DNA from: Spirochaetota bacterium | GTDB taxonomy: Bacteria; Spirochaetota; Leptospiria; Leptospirales; Leptospiraceae | Reading direction: 5' to 3' | Length of the DNA: 64,000 nt | NCBI GenBank assembly: GCA_052033835.1 | Contig: JBPOJG010000025.1 | Location: 1,763 to 65,762 of the forward strand | Shown here: piece after piece, positions 36,006 through 45,888 of the stretch | Layout: each line of letters opens with the position of its first letter | How positions within the stretch are numbered: the first letter of the stretch is position 1 | The notes under the pieces: generated by a model | Told to the model about the DNA's origin: nothing | What the model saw: only the letters and a program-made list of their open reading frames with translations | Databases searched by the model: none | Program-made: the position numbers and the translations under genes

Positions 36006-37751
36006 ATGCTGAAGATTGCGTATGGCGAGGCCAGTTTTGACAACCTGAGAAGCGGGGGGGCTGTGTATGTAGATAAAACACATTATATCCCGCTCTTGGA
36101 AAACCATAAGAAGTTCTTTTTCATCCGTCCCCGCAGGTTTGGAAAAAGTCTCTGGGTGAGCGTCCTGCAGGCCTATTATGATATCGCCAAAAAGGACAAA
36201 TTCGACAGACTGTTTGACGGTCTGTACATACAGAAAAATCCTACCGAATACAAAAGCACTTATCTTATCCTCAAACTTGATTTCTCGGGCATCAGCACAG
36301 AAAACGAGGAAAGTCTCAGGAAGTCATTTTCGCATAGAGTAAGAAGCGAGATTTACCGATTCCTCAGAAATTATAAAGAGTATTACAGTGAAGGTCTCTT
36401 CAGTAAATTTGAAGCAAAGATGGAAAATATGCTTCCGTCCGAAATGATTCTGGATCTGAGAAATGAGACTGCACTCACAGACAAAAAACTGTATGTCTTC
36501 ATTGATGAATACGATCATTTTGCCAATAAACTTGCCTCTGAAGGGAGAGAAACGTTTATCAGGGATATCATGTCCCGCTCCGGTTTTGTCCGCGAGTTTT
36601 ATGAGCAGATGAAAATTGCAAGCGGGGAAGGGGTGATTGAACGTTTCTTCATCACAGGTGTTTCACCGATTATGCTAGATGAGCTTTCGAGCGGATTCAA
36701 TATTCTGAGTGATATGACAACGGACGCAAGGTTTAATGAAATGCTCGGTTTTACAAACGAAGAAGTAAAAAGTCTGATGAACCGGATTTCTGAGGAAAGA
36801 TACAGGGACAAGTCCAGAGAAGATGTACTTCAGGATATGATTCATTATTATAACGGTTACAGATTTTCAGACGAGGCAAGTGTAAAAGTATTCAATTCGG
36901 ATATGGTTCTGTATTTCCTGGAAAAATTTTCAGGCTCCGCCTATCCGAAAGACCTTCTGGATGAAAATGTAAAGACCGATTACAGTAAACTTCGAGGACT
37001 GATTGTAGGCACAGGCGGGAAGGATAAGCTGCAGTCAATTATTGAAGAAATCAATCTGAATAATTCTCTTGAACTGAGTCTCGTCAAAAGATTCAACTTT
37101 ACGCAGAGGTTCAGCGACAATGAGCTGAAGTCTCTTCTTTTCTATCTTGGGCTTCTTACTTTTTCAGACAGCCCGAATCAGTTTTCCATTCCGAACCATG
37201 TCATCCGCACACTGTATTGGGAGTATCTGCGCAGGTTTCTGGAAGAGAGTCTGACGATAGAGCTGGATGTGAGACTTCTGAACCGGGCAGTCAACGGAAT
37301 GGCTGTTTCAGGGGACCCGTCTGCATTGAAGGAGATGGCAGTTGATTTCTTTCAGAAGAAACTTTCGAGTTATGACTACACTCATTTTTCAGAAAAGCAT
37401 GTGAAGTTTTTATTTATATGTTACTTTACTTTAAGTCAATTATACAATATAATATCAGAAAGAGAACTGCCTGAGAGAAAAAGAATAGACCTTCTGTTTG
37501 AGGCTCATCCTGCCTACTATCATTATGTAAAATACAATTTCATTATAGAGTTCAAATACATCCGCAAGGAAGACAGCCCCAGTGAAGCCGCTGCGAAACG
37601 CGAACAGGCAGTGAAGCAGGCAGCGGAATATTATGAAATCTACAGACGCGACTTCAAGCAGTTTGGACGCGAACTTCGCTCAGCTGCACTGATTGTAAGT
37701 CATACAAAGGATGTGGAACTGATTGAAGTCGGCGGGTTCGGCGTTGAGTAA
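36006..37751 (+). CDS. Predicted AAA-ATPase fused to a PD-(D/E)xK nuclease domain, paralogue 2
   Basis: VYVDKTHYIPLL...FFFIRPRRFGKSLWVSVL, VFIDEYDHF, and KRIDLLFE...FIIEFKYIRK at the C-terminus. Confidence 0.85.
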   Translation: MLKIAYGEASFDNLRSGGAVYVDKTHYIPLLENHKKFFFIRPRRFGKSLWVSVLQAYYDIAKKDKFDRLFDGLYIQKNPTEYKSTYLILKLDFSGISTENEESLRKSFSHRVRSEIYRFLRNYKEYYSEGLFSKFEAKMENMLPSEMILDLRNETALTDKKLYVFIDEYDHFANKLASEGRETFIRDIMSRSGFVREFYEQMKIASGEGVIERFFITGVSPIMLDELSSGFNILSDMTTDARFNEMLGFTNEEVKSLMNRISEERYRDKSREDVLQDMIHYYNGYRFSDEASVKVFNSDMVLYFLEKFSGSAYPKDLLDENVKTDYSKLRGLIVGTGGKDKLQSIIEEINLNNSLELSLVKRFNFTQRFSDNELKSLLFYLGLLTFSDSPNQFSIPNHVIRTLYWEYLRRFLEESLTIELDVRLLNRAVNGMAVSGDPSALKEMAVDFFQKKLSSYDYTHFSEKHVKFLFICYFTLSQLYNIISERELPERKRIDLLFEAHPAYYHYVKYNFIIEFKYIRKEDSPSEAAAKREQAVKQAAEYYEIYRRDFKQFGRELRSAALIVSHTKDVELIEVGGFGVE

Positions 37752-37878
37752 AAGTAAATTCTTGAATTACAGTCTAATCTTATACAAATGGGATACTATA
37801 TCATTACAGAGAATTTGCCGCCAATGTGCTGTTATATACCACTGCCGCAAAAACACTGTTTCCGTAGGCAATTGACAG

Positions 37879-38285
37879 CTAGTTGGAAGAACTCGGCAGG
37901 GGCGTGCAGTCCAGGAGACTCAATCCAGCAGGCAGACTTGGACTCACAGTGCAGCTTGTAAAGGTTCCTCCTTCCTGCACATAACTTAACAATGGCAGGA
38001 AGAAGTATTGTAGTGAGAGGTGTGTCTGCAAGTGTGATTTGGCTTGCTCCCGTTCCCGTCAAATACTCCGTCTTCAAAATCAGTCGCAAATGCGTTGATG
38101 ACATTTGCAAGATCATCAGGATTTGTATTGGTTCCGGTCTTTGTTTTATTTGTTATATAGGATAAGCCTGCAAGAATGGAAAGATTTTTTACAGTGAGAG
38201 AATGATCCGAATTTTTCAAATTAAGCAAAAGATCATCAAGTTTCGGATAATCAGAATCATTAATAACAGCTTTGGGTACAATCAT
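37879..38285 (-). pseudogene. Frameshifted remnant of an Ig-like (He_PIG-type) lipoprotein gene
   Basis: Coding-like sequence is spread over three frames: ...NPDDLANVINAFATDFEDGVFDGNGS, then ITLADTPLTTILLPAIVKLCAG, then GGTFTSCTVSPSLPAGLSLLDCTP. The last matches the CxxSPxLPxGLxL motif also seen in the 20202 gene. Confidence 0.4.
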
Positions 38286-38835
38286 GGTCCTTGCAGATGA
38301 AAGTCCTGAACTCAGTGCAAACCGAATTGCAATTTCCTTGCCATCTTTTGAGAGAATTGAGCTGGGCAAGATGCTCTATTTTGATCCACGGCTTTCCGGC
38401 TCCAACTGGATCAGCTGTGCATCCTGTCACAATCCGTCTCTCGGCTGGTCAGACGGTCTGAAGACAGCAATTGGACACGGCTTCGGCGTTCTGTCAAGAA
38501 ATTTACCTACGATTGTCAATTCTGCATACAGTCCGCTGCAGTTCTGGGATGGAAGAGCGGAGAGTCTGGAAGAGCAGGCTGTCGGGCCGATACAGTCGCC
38601 AGGAGAGATGAATCAGAACTTGGATGAACTGGTGACTGAACTGAAGGCAGTGCGAGGTTATGCAGAACTGTTTGAAAAGGCATATCCGGGACAGGGAATC
38701 AGCAAGGATACAATTGCCAAGGCAATTGCGAATTTTGAAAGAACTGTCATTTCCAAGGATTCCCCTTTCGATGAATGGATGGCGGGAACTCAGAATGCAG
38801 TAAGTGAATCCGCAAAAAAGGGATATGAAATACTT
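38284..38835 (+). pseudogene. Di-haem cytochrome c peroxidase (CCP/MauG family) fragment: first haem domain only
   Basis: LGKMLYFDPRLSGSNWISCASCHNPSLGWSDGL...FWDGRAESLEEQA.GPI..P.EM...FERT. No signal peptide. Homology ends near AKKGYEI, where the MCP gene starts, and the second CxxCH domain is absent. Confidence 0.7.
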
Positions 38836-40531
38836 CAGATCTGTAAAATCCCGACTTCTGCTGATCTGCGGCTTTTCGGTTTTGGGAATTTCTGTTTCTT
38901 CTGTCATCACTGTTGTCCGGTTCAATATATCAAATAATGTACTCAATACAGTTGTATACGATTCTAATGAAAAGATTGGGAAAGTAAATGATTTAAAAAA
39001 TCTCATTTTCAGGATTGATCTGGATGTCAGTACTGTTCTGTCTACAAATGATGATTTCGTGTATTCAGAAAAGACTGTAAAGACAGAAGAAAATATCAAA
39101 ATTCTGAGGGAGAAATTTGAATCAGTGAAAAAAATTCCCGGACTGACCGAATTTGGGGCAGATGAGGATTTTAATGCCAAAATAGAACAGATTCTGAATG
39201 TCAGTACGGCTCTGACTGAAAACCTGAAAAAAAAAGAAAACGAATCATCAAAGATTCTGTTTACACGAGGTCTGCATCCGATGACTTCCGGTCTTGCTGA
39301 AAAAATTGATCTAATTTTGGGAGAAGTGGAGAAACATAACAGAGCCGATGTTGACAGGATTATTTTTGGGAATACTTCATTTTTTTATACAAGTATATTT
39401 TTCAGTGTAATCTTAATTATGCTCCTGGCGGCATTTTCTTATAAGCTGATTCTGGATATCACCGGATCTGTTCAGACAGCACTGTCTGTAACTGAGCAGG
39501 TCTCGCAGGGAAACTTGAGTTTTGATATTCAGGATTCAAATGACAGAACTGAACTTGCAAAACTGATCGGCAACATAAAAAAGATGCAGTTATCATTAAA
39601 AAACACTATTAATGATCTGAAAACATCCGCATCCGGATCAATTCAGACTGCTGATGATTTTGTTTTACTGTCGGGAAATTTTTTCGGAATTGTAAATGAG
39701 ATGGAGTCTGTTCTGGGAAATGTAGATGCATCCGTGAAGAATTTTTTATCCAAAAATAATGATGTTCGGATCTCTCTGGAAAAAGCCAAAAAGGACATTG
39801 AACTGATTGACCGAAATGTGGAAAGTCTCAATGATTCCGGAGACAGGGTTGAGAATCAGCTTCAGGTCTTTGTTTCTGAATTCAAGAAGACAAATTCTCA
39901 GACTATCCTTGGAGAAAAAAGAATTCAGTCAGCCTTCGATATTATGGAAAAAATACGGCGCAGTTCAGATGAGATCCAGAAAGTCGTCAGGATCATTATT
40001 GATATTTCCAAAAGGACAAATCTTCTTGCTTTGAATGCATCTATTGAATCAGAACGTGCAGGTGAAACGGGAAAGGGTTTTGCTGTCGTTGCCGATGAAA
40101 TCACTAAGCTTTCAGCAGTCACAAGCTCGAATGTGAATGAGATCAGAACTTTGGTTGCAGATTCTGTATTCAATATTTCACAGGGAGTAGGGGAGTTTCA
40201 TGAGATCGCGGTCATATTCAAGGCTATCAAGGAAAACGTTCAGACATTGGAGAAAAGTTCTGAAACGATTCTTTCGGATCTGAACGGTCAGAATCAGAAT
40301 TCCATAGAGATGCAGAAAAACATATCGGGCCTTCTTCTTTTTCTGAAGGATATTGAAAGTATAATGACAGTTCAGAAGCAGTCCGCAGGTGAGATCAGGA
40401 ATATTTTCGAAATGCTGAATGAAAAGTCCAGAGATATCTACTCGGGATCTCAGCAGATAGAGGAAAGGTCCAGATCGCTCCATCAGTCTTCCGAAGAAAT
40501 TCGCGGAAAAATGGATATGTTCAGCGTTTAG
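38825..40531 (+). CDS. Methyl-accepting chemotaxis protein
   Basis: N-terminal TM (MKYFRSVKSRLLLICGFSVLGISV), a second TM with a HAMP region, and the signalling-domain core RTNLLALNASIESERAGETGKGFAVVADEITKLS. Confidence 0.9.
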   Translation: MKYFRSVKSRLLLICGFSVLGISVSSVITVVRFNISNNVLNTVVYDSNEKIGKVNDLKNLIFRIDLDVSTVLSTNDDFVYSEKTVKTEENIKILREKFESVKKIPGLTEFGADEDFNAKIEQILNVSTALTENLKKKENESSKILFTRGLHPMTSGLAEKIDLILGEVEKHNRADVDRIIFGNTSFFYTSIFFSVILIMLLAAFSYKLILDITGSVQTALSVTEQVSQGNLSFDIQDSNDRTELAKLIGNIKKMQLSLKNTINDLKTSASGSIQTADDFVLLSGNFFGIVNEMESVLGNVDASVKNFLSKNNDVRISLEKAKKDIELIDRNVESLNDSGDRVENQLQVFVSEFKKTNSQTILGEKRIQSAFDIMEKIRRSSDEIQKVVRIIIDISKRTNLLALNASIESERAGETGKGFAVVADEITKLSAVTSSNVNEIRTLVADSVFNISQGVGEFHEIAVIFKAIKENVQTLEKSSETILSDLNGQNQNSIEMQKNISGLLLFLKDIESIMTVQKQSAGEIRNIFEMLNEKSRDIYSGSQQIEERSRSLHQSSEEIRGKMDMFSV

Positions 40532-40575
40532 ATTTCGCTGGACTTATCTGAACCGTATGTATTTCTGTCAGAACT

Positions 40576-42489
40576 ATGTGCGGAATTGCCGGTGCTTATG
40601 ATCTGAAAGGAAGAAGACATTTTCCTGAAAGTGTAATTCGAAAAATGACAGATGCTCTGATTCACAGAGGTCCTGATTCAGAGGGTTATTTTTCTTCTCC
40701 TGGATATGCGACAGGAGTGAGAAGACTGATTCTAAGAGATCCTTCCGGAGGCGGTCAGCCTATGCAGGATGCAGAAAGAGTGATCTCTCTGAACGGTGAA
40801 CTTTTTTCATTTCAGAAAGACAGAGACAGGCTTCTGTCAAAAAAAATTATTTTATATACAAAATCGGATACAGAGATTTTCCTGAAAGGAATTGAATATG
40901 AGGGAACTCAATTTCTGAAAAATGCGGACGGTCAGTTTGCGCTTTCGGTTTATAATAAGAAAAACCATTCGCTTTTTATTGCAAGGGACAGATTCGGGAT
41001 TACTCCTCTTTTTTATGCTGTGGCAGACGGGTGGCTTCTTTTTGCATCGGAAGTGAAATCGATTCTTGCTTCCGGAATGGTGAATGCAGTTCTTAATCCT
41101 GAGGCAGTGGATCATATTCTTTGTCGGCTTGCACTCGATCCAGGAGAATCCTGTTTTGAAAATATATATTCTCTTCCGCCCGGAAACTGTCTTGAACCCA
41201 AAGACGAAAATCTGAATCTCCGGAAATATTTCACTCTGGATTATTCTCTTTTTGAAAAAAATAATTATATAAAAGTTGAATATAATGATAAAAAGTATGC
41301 GGATATTCTGGACGAACTTCTGACGGATTCTGTCCGCAGAAGACTGGAGGCTGATGCTGAAGTCGGGCTTTATCTGAGCGGAGGGGTGGATTCTTCAATC
41401 ATCGCCGCTATCGCTGCATCCGGCATTTCTTCCGAAAAAAAATCTTCTCTGACTGCCTACAGTGTCCGGCTTGAAACACCTCTCACACCCAAGGACGAAT
41501 CAGAGTATGCAGAAGAAACTGTGCTTGAGCTGGGAATCAGGCATAAAATACTTCGAGTCACTGATGAGAGTATTATGATAAAATATCCTAGGGCAGTTTA
41601 TTCTGCAGAAACACCCGTACTCGATCATGCAAATGTATGTCTTCTTCAGCTCGCAGATCATGTGCGTTCAGACGGAAAAAAAGCAGTGCTCACCGGTGAG
41701 GGAGCAGATGAGGCATTTGGAGGATACCCCTGGCAGGCTGTTTCTAGGATGCCTTCTTTTTTGAGAAAACATTTTCTGAACAGAGCAGGGGTTGTTTTTT
41801 CTTCCGGTCTGACTAAATCAAAAAATGCAGAGTTCAGGGATTTTGCACAGTTTCCTCTGTTCACTGTTCTTTCTTCTGTCCGAAATCTTTTTTACAGCAG
41901 AGGCTTCAAGGAAAGAATTCGAGATACAGAAAGTTCATTTATCATTACAAAATATGACAATCGGAAGAATCTCAGTGTTCTGCAGAGATCGCTTCTTCTG
42001 GACTATGAATGGCTTCTTGCGGGGCATCTCCTTGCAGACAAAGGGGACAGAGTGTCAATGTCCGCTTCAGTAGAAGCCAGATATCCGTTTTTGGATTCTG
42101 AACTTGTAAAATTTGCATCTGAGCTTCCGGACAGAATGAAGATCAGAAATGGCAGAAATAAATTTATTCTGAGACAGGTCGCGGAAAGATATCTCAGACC
42201 TGAGGCAGCATGGCGGAAAAAACATCTTTTCAGAGCAGAACCCGTGACTCATGGATCAGGACGATTGAAATGGGCTGAGCAGCTTCTGTCTGAGGATTCC
42301 ATCAAAAAGGTCGGACTCTTTGATTCGAAGCTTGTACAGCGCAATCTTCAGAAAAGAGACAATCCGTCTTTCTTTTCATTCAAAAACTCATTCATTCAGG
42401 CAGGCCTTTCCGGGGTCTTAAGCACACAGCTTCTGTATCATATATTCTGCGGGGGCGGACTCTGTGATCTTGATTCGCATTCTTTTTGA
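40576..42489 (+). CDS. asnB: Asparagine synthetase (glutamine-hydrolysing)
   Basis: MCGIAG N-terminal nucleophile, YLSGGVDSS PP-loop, 637 aa. Confidence 0.9.
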   Translation: MCGIAGAYDLKGRRHFPESVIRKMTDALIHRGPDSEGYFSSPGYATGVRRLILRDPSGGGQPMQDAERVISLNGELFSFQKDRDRLLSKKIILYTKSDTEIFLKGIEYEGTQFLKNADGQFALSVYNKKNHSLFIARDRFGITPLFYAVADGWLLFASEVKSILASGMVNAVLNPEAVDHILCRLALDPGESCFENIYSLPPGNCLEPKDENLNLRKYFTLDYSLFEKNNYIKVEYNDKKYADILDELLTDSVRRRLEADAEVGLYLSGGVDSSIIAAIAASGISSEKKSSLTAYSVRLETPLTPKDESEYAEETVLELGIRHKILRVTDESIMIKYPRAVYSAETPVLDHANVCLLQLADHVRSDGKKAVLTGEGADEAFGGYPWQAVSRMPSFLRKHFLNRAGVVFSSGLTKSKNAEFRDFAQFPLFTVLSSVRNLFYSRGFKERIRDTESSFIITKYDNRKNLSVLQRSLLLDYEWLLAGHLLADKGDRVSMSASVEARYPFLDSELVKFASELPDRMKIRNGRNKFILRQVAERYLRPEAAWRKKHLFRAEPVTHGSGRLKWAEQLLSEDSIKKVGLFDSKLVQRNLQKRDNPSFFSFKNSFIQAGLSGVLSTQLLYHIFCGGGLCDLDSHSF

Positions 42490-42616
42490 TAAAAATCTTG
42501 ACACAAAGAAAAGCAGATAAATTATTTAACGAGAGTTCTGCTGACCTCTCGCCTGTGCGGTGAGTTACTATATTAAAAAGCAGCTGCTCAGTGGAATATA
42601 AAGTCAGGAAAAAATC

Positions 42617-43606
42617 ATGAAACAGCCAAGCAGGGATTGGAAAGAAATTATTCAGCCGGATGAAAATGAAAGATACGGAAAGTATATCGAAATTTTCAAA
42701 AACATTCAGAAAGAAAAATCAGCCAAGTACGGAAACGGAAGAGCACTTCACAGAAAACAGCTTCTTGCAGCAAAGGCAGAATTTGAAGTTCTTTCAGGTC
42801 TTCCTGAATATGCTTCTTTCGGCCTTTTTGCAAAACCGGGAAAGTATGAATCACAGATCAGGCTGTCCAACGGCGGAATGGATGTGAAGTCAGATTCAAC
42901 GCCTGACATCAGAGGTTTTGCAGTCAAGGTGCTCGGTGTAAACGGCCCGAGTGCACTTGGAACGGGAAATACTGACTGCCAGGATTTTCTTCTGATCAAT
43001 CAGGAAGCTTTTGGAGTGAAGTCAAGTATTCCCTTTGTGGAACTGGTTCAGGCAGCGGCAAAAGGTCCTCTTTCTATATTCGGATTTTTTATGAAGGAGC
43101 ACGGTTTTTTCGGAGCATTCTCTCAGATGAAGCAGGCTCTCGGAAGGATTGGAAAAAAATTTACAGGATTTGCAACTGAACCTTTTTTCAGTTCTGTTCC
43201 GATTTCCTGCGGCCCTTATGCGGCCCGTGTGAGGATGCTGCCCGCAGCAAAGGATGTAAATCCAAATGCAAAAAATAACTGGGGCGCTGAACTGAGTCAG
43301 AGACTGAAAAATAATATGCTTACTTATGAATTTCAGCTTCAGTTTTATGCAGATGAAAAAAGCACTCCAATTGAAGATGCTTCGGTCAACTGGGAGGAAT
43401 CAGAAATTCCTTATGTTACAGTCGCAAAACTCCATATTCTGAAGCAGGACACAGATTCTCCGGAAGGAAAAAAGTTTTCAGAACTTGCGGAAAAATCAGT
43501 CTTTGATCCATGGAAGGCACTTGCAGATCACAGACCTCTCGGAGATGTGATGAGGGCCAGAAAAGCAGTGTATTACGCGAGTCAAAAAGAGAGAGGCGCA
43601 TCCTGA
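42617..43606 (+). CDS. Catalase-related haem protein (y4iL-like clade)
   Basis: RALHRKQLLAAKAEFEV...FGLFAKPGKYESQIRLSNG......PDIRGFAVKVLGV...DFLLINQEAF follows the catalase-core-like pattern. Confidence 0.65.
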   Translation: MKQPSRDWKEIIQPDENERYGKYIEIFKNIQKEKSAKYGNGRALHRKQLLAAKAEFEVLSGLPEYASFGLFAKPGKYESQIRLSNGGMDVKSDSTPDIRGFAVKVLGVNGPSALGTGNTDCQDFLLINQEAFGVKSSIPFVELVQAAAKGPLSIFGFFMKEHGFFGAFSQMKQALGRIGKKFTGFATEPFFSSVPISCGPYAARVRMLPAAKDVNPNAKNNWGAELSQRLKNNMLTYEFQLQFYADEKSTPIEDASVNWEESEIPYVTVAKLHILKQDTDSPEGKKFSELAEKSVFDPWKALADHRPLGDVMRARKAVYYASQKERGAS

Positions 43607-43624
43607 TAATTCAAGGAATAAACT

Positions 43625-44119
43625 TTGGAAACAGAAATATATGAAGCAGTCATTGATTTCAGCAGAATGCAGGACGGATATCTGTTAGAATATTCTAATA
43701 CACCGTCACCTTCCTTATTGGGTGACGGACTTCCGATCCATTTTAATGAAATTAAATTTCCCAGACTGTCCGAAAAAAAGGACAGTTTTACGGGAACCTA
43801 TTCATTGGGAGATGATGTATATGCAGACTGGATAAATAAAAATACAGAAAGATCTCTTCTTTCTGTGCTGGCTGACCATTCTGAAATTCATCTTATGCCT
43901 GAGGAAGGTTTTAATTCTCTGCAGAGTGAATACAGACATTCCTGGTCAATGTTTTTTACTCTGACAAAGCCGGGAATATCTAAGGATGGAAAAACTGCAA
44001 TTGTGCAGATCACCGGTTTCTGTCCGGGAGGAATTCCGAACTACGGAAGCATTCTGTATCTGGAATACAGTGGCGGAAAATGGCAGGTTCTTTCCTCATT
44101 CGGCTTATACAATCAATGA
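43625..44119 (+). CDS. Hypothetical protein
   Basis: 164-aa ORF with a TTG start 8 nt after AAGGA. ATGA overlap with the next gene. Confidence 0.45.
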   Translation: METEIYEAVIDFSRMQDGYLLEYSNTPSPSLLGDGLPIHFNEIKFPRLSEKKDSFTGTYSLGDDVYADWINKNTERSLLSVLADHSEIHLMPEEGFNSLQSEYRHSWSMFFTLTKPGISKDGKTAIVQITGFCPGGIPNYGSILYLEYSGGKWQVLSSFGLYNQ

Positions 44120-44571
44120 ATAAATGTAAAAGAATACTATATTCACTGATTATATCATTCTCTCTTTTTGGCTGTTTTGGAAAGAAGGAAGCAGTCAGCT
44201 TTCTGAAGTCAATGCCTGCAGAAAAAATCAGAGAAATCAGACTTGAGCCTTTTAATATAGAAGGATCTCTTGTGAAGAAAGAGATTGTCATTCAGGACAG
44301 GAAAAAAATTGCAGAGATAGCATCACTGATCCGTCAGGCAGAGGATTTCCGTCCTGATCATCCAGCACTGAAGTGGCAGGTTGTGCTTCGTATCGTCTCT
44401 GACAGAGAGTTTGGAGGGCTTGTCATCTCTTCCACTGAAAGGCATCAGGGAGTGATGTTTACAATGTTCAGCAATGTGACTGACGGATGGAATTACGGCT
44501 CTGTCAGAAATGATCTTCTCGGCGAGGTTCTCGAAAAAATTGCGGAGCAGAATGGGGGACTGAAAAAATAA
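44116..44571 (+). CDS. Putative lipoprotein
   Basis: MNKCKRILYSLIISFSLFGC lipobox. The ATG overlaps the preceding stop (ATGA). Confidence 0.6.
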   Translation: MNKCKRILYSLIISFSLFGCFGKKEAVSFLKSMPAEKIREIRLEPFNIEGSLVKKEIVIQDRKKIAEIASLIRQAEDFRPDHPALKWQVVLRIVSDREFGGLVISSTERHQGVMFTMFSNVTDGWNYGSVRNDLLGEVLEKIAEQNGGLKK

Positions 44572-44574
44572 GCA

Positions 44575-44708
44575 ACTCACCTGCACACGAAGTGCGTAAG
44601 GTGAGTAAGTAATTGCTGGATTTCTAATAGCCCGAAGGGCGGAGTGCAGCAGCATCCAAGTTTGCAGCAGCATCCAAGTTTGCGACGCTTCGTTATTAGA
44701 AATCTGAG
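44575..44708. repeat. Modular intergenic repeat, copy 8 (module A hairpin, then a module C inverted repeat enclosing 2 x 18-nt module B)
   Basis: actcacct-gcacacgaagtgcgta-aggtgagt sits 4 nt after the stop. ggatttctaata ... gcagcagcatccaagttt x2 (44646-44681) ... tattagaaatc. Confidence 0.9.
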
Positions 44709-44731
44709 TCGACCTTACAAAAGAGAATGTT

Positions 44732-45130
44732 TTACTTCTTTTCAGGAAAAGGATACTTCTTTTTTTTCAGAAGCATTACATCGTCCGGCTTTCTCATAAT
44801 CAGCATAAAGTCTTCAAAAAAACCGAAAGTGATTTTATCATCTTTTCCCTGCTTGTCGGTGACTGTCAGAACGAGATCATTCAGAACCCATGTGAATTCA
44901 ATAATTTCTTTCTTTCCCTGATGTTCCATTCTGATATACCCTGTTCCGTCTTCTCGAAAACTCCAGAGTGCAGTGGAAGTGAGAGGGATCTCAATGTTCT
45001 GAGTGCTGTCTGAAATTTTTTTAAGATCCCACTGTCCAAGCAGTTTTTCTCTGTAGGAATCTGCAAAAAGATTTACTGAACTTAAGGCAAGGGTGATTAG
45101 AAATAGTGTTCTGAAGGTTAGTATTTTCAT
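44732..45130 (-). CDS. Secreted hypothetical protein
   Basis: Signal peptide MKILTFRTLFLITLALSSVNLFA. 132 aa. Confidence 0.55.
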   Translation of the reverse strand: MKILTFRTLFLITLALSSVNLFADSYREKLLGQWDLKKISDSTQNIEIPLTSTALWSFREDGTGYIRMEHQGKKEIIEFTWVLNDLVLTVTDKQGKDDKITFGFFEDFMLIMRKPDDVMLLKKKKYPFPEKK

Positions 45131-45228
45131 TTTGCAATAATGTCTGTTCTGTTTTTTGAGGCAAGCAGAAACTGCCCAAACTGAATAATCTTCTTTAAAA
45201 TTAAAAGCCTGAGTACAGTATTGCTTTT

Positions 45229-45693
45229 ATGAGACAGTTTCTGATTTTGCAAATTTTTTCTTTTTCTCTGATTTTTTCCGAACCTCTGAAGGTCGGTGAT
45301 GAACTGAAACTGATTCAGTACCAGACTCAGTTTGGTGATGAAGTGACTGTGGCTCCGACGGTATCCAAGCTGATTTTCGCAGCCGAAATGGAAGCATCGA
45401 AAATTGCTCATTCTGTTTTGGAGATTTCAGGTGCTGACTATCTGAAGAACAGATCTGCGGTTCTTGTTTCGGATATTCACAGGATGCCATATTTTATCAC
45501 TAAATTTGTTGCTCTTCCTAAAATGAAATCTTACAGTTATACAATTCATCTGATCCGAGAAGAAGGGCCGGGGGAGATTTTTCCTAGAGAGAAGGGGAAG
45601 CTGACTCTAGTTTCCTTAAAGAATTATAAGGTTCTTTCTATAAAATTTATTTCCAATTCAGATGAACTCAAGGAAGAGCTGGGAAAAAAATGA
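45229..45693 (+). CDS. Secreted hypothetical protein
   Basis: Signal-like N-terminus MRQFLILQIFSFSLIFS. 154 aa. Confidence 0.55.
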   Translation: MRQFLILQIFSFSLIFSEPLKVGDELKLIQYQTQFGDEVTVAPTVSKLIFAAEMEASKIAHSVLEISGADYLKNRSAVLVSDIHRMPYFITKFVALPKMKSYSYTIHLIREEGPGEIFPREKGKLTLVSLKNYKVLSIKFISNSDELKEELGKK

Positions 45694-45770
45694 CAATAAA
45701 ACAGTCTGCAAGATTTGGATGCGGCAAATCCTCCCGATAGGGACCACCTTTTTCTTGCTTTTTTAAAAGC

Positions 45771-45870
45771 AAATTATCGAATTGAACGATGATTGTAACT
45801 ACGACGCAATTTTGGAAGATGCTGCAAGAGTGGACGCTACTGCGCCTACGCTGAGCAGTTACAGTTGATT
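45771..45870. repeat. Modular intergenic repeat, copy 9 (module E with a B-like insert)
   Basis: attgaacgatgattgtaactacgacg...ggaagatgctgcaag...gctgagcagttacag. A shorter version lies at 55653-55700. Confidence 0.8.
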
Positions 45871-45888
45871 TACTAAAGGAGTGAATGC

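Noticed and set aside
38880-38937. A second CxxCH (CFFCH) in the CCP reading frame downstream of the junction, which could suggest that the CCP continues.
   Set aside because: The surrounding residues do not match the CCP second haem domain. In the other frame the same nucleotides encode a very typical MCP N-terminal transmembrane anchor, so the Cys codons are probably a by-product of the TTCTGT-rich sequence.
38503-39180. A 225-aa minus-strand ORF.
   Set aside because: It runs antisense to the CCP fragment and the well-supported MCP gene. It is Ser/Phe-rich and low in complexity.
40576-42489. The AsnB homologue as a possible lasso-peptide cyclase or other RiPP enzyme.
   Set aside because: It has the intact MCGIAG glutaminase nucleophile and is the size of a full AsnB. 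It has no adjacent transglutaminase-like protease, RRE or precursor ORF. An ordinary asparagine synthetase-type amidotransferase is the simpler reading.
42498-42526. A TTGACA hexamer followed 17 nt later by ATTATT, upstream of the catalase-like gene, as a sigma-70 promoter.
   Set aside because: The -10 matches only 3 of 6 consensus positions. The organism's promoter consensus is unknown to me, so this is too weak to call.
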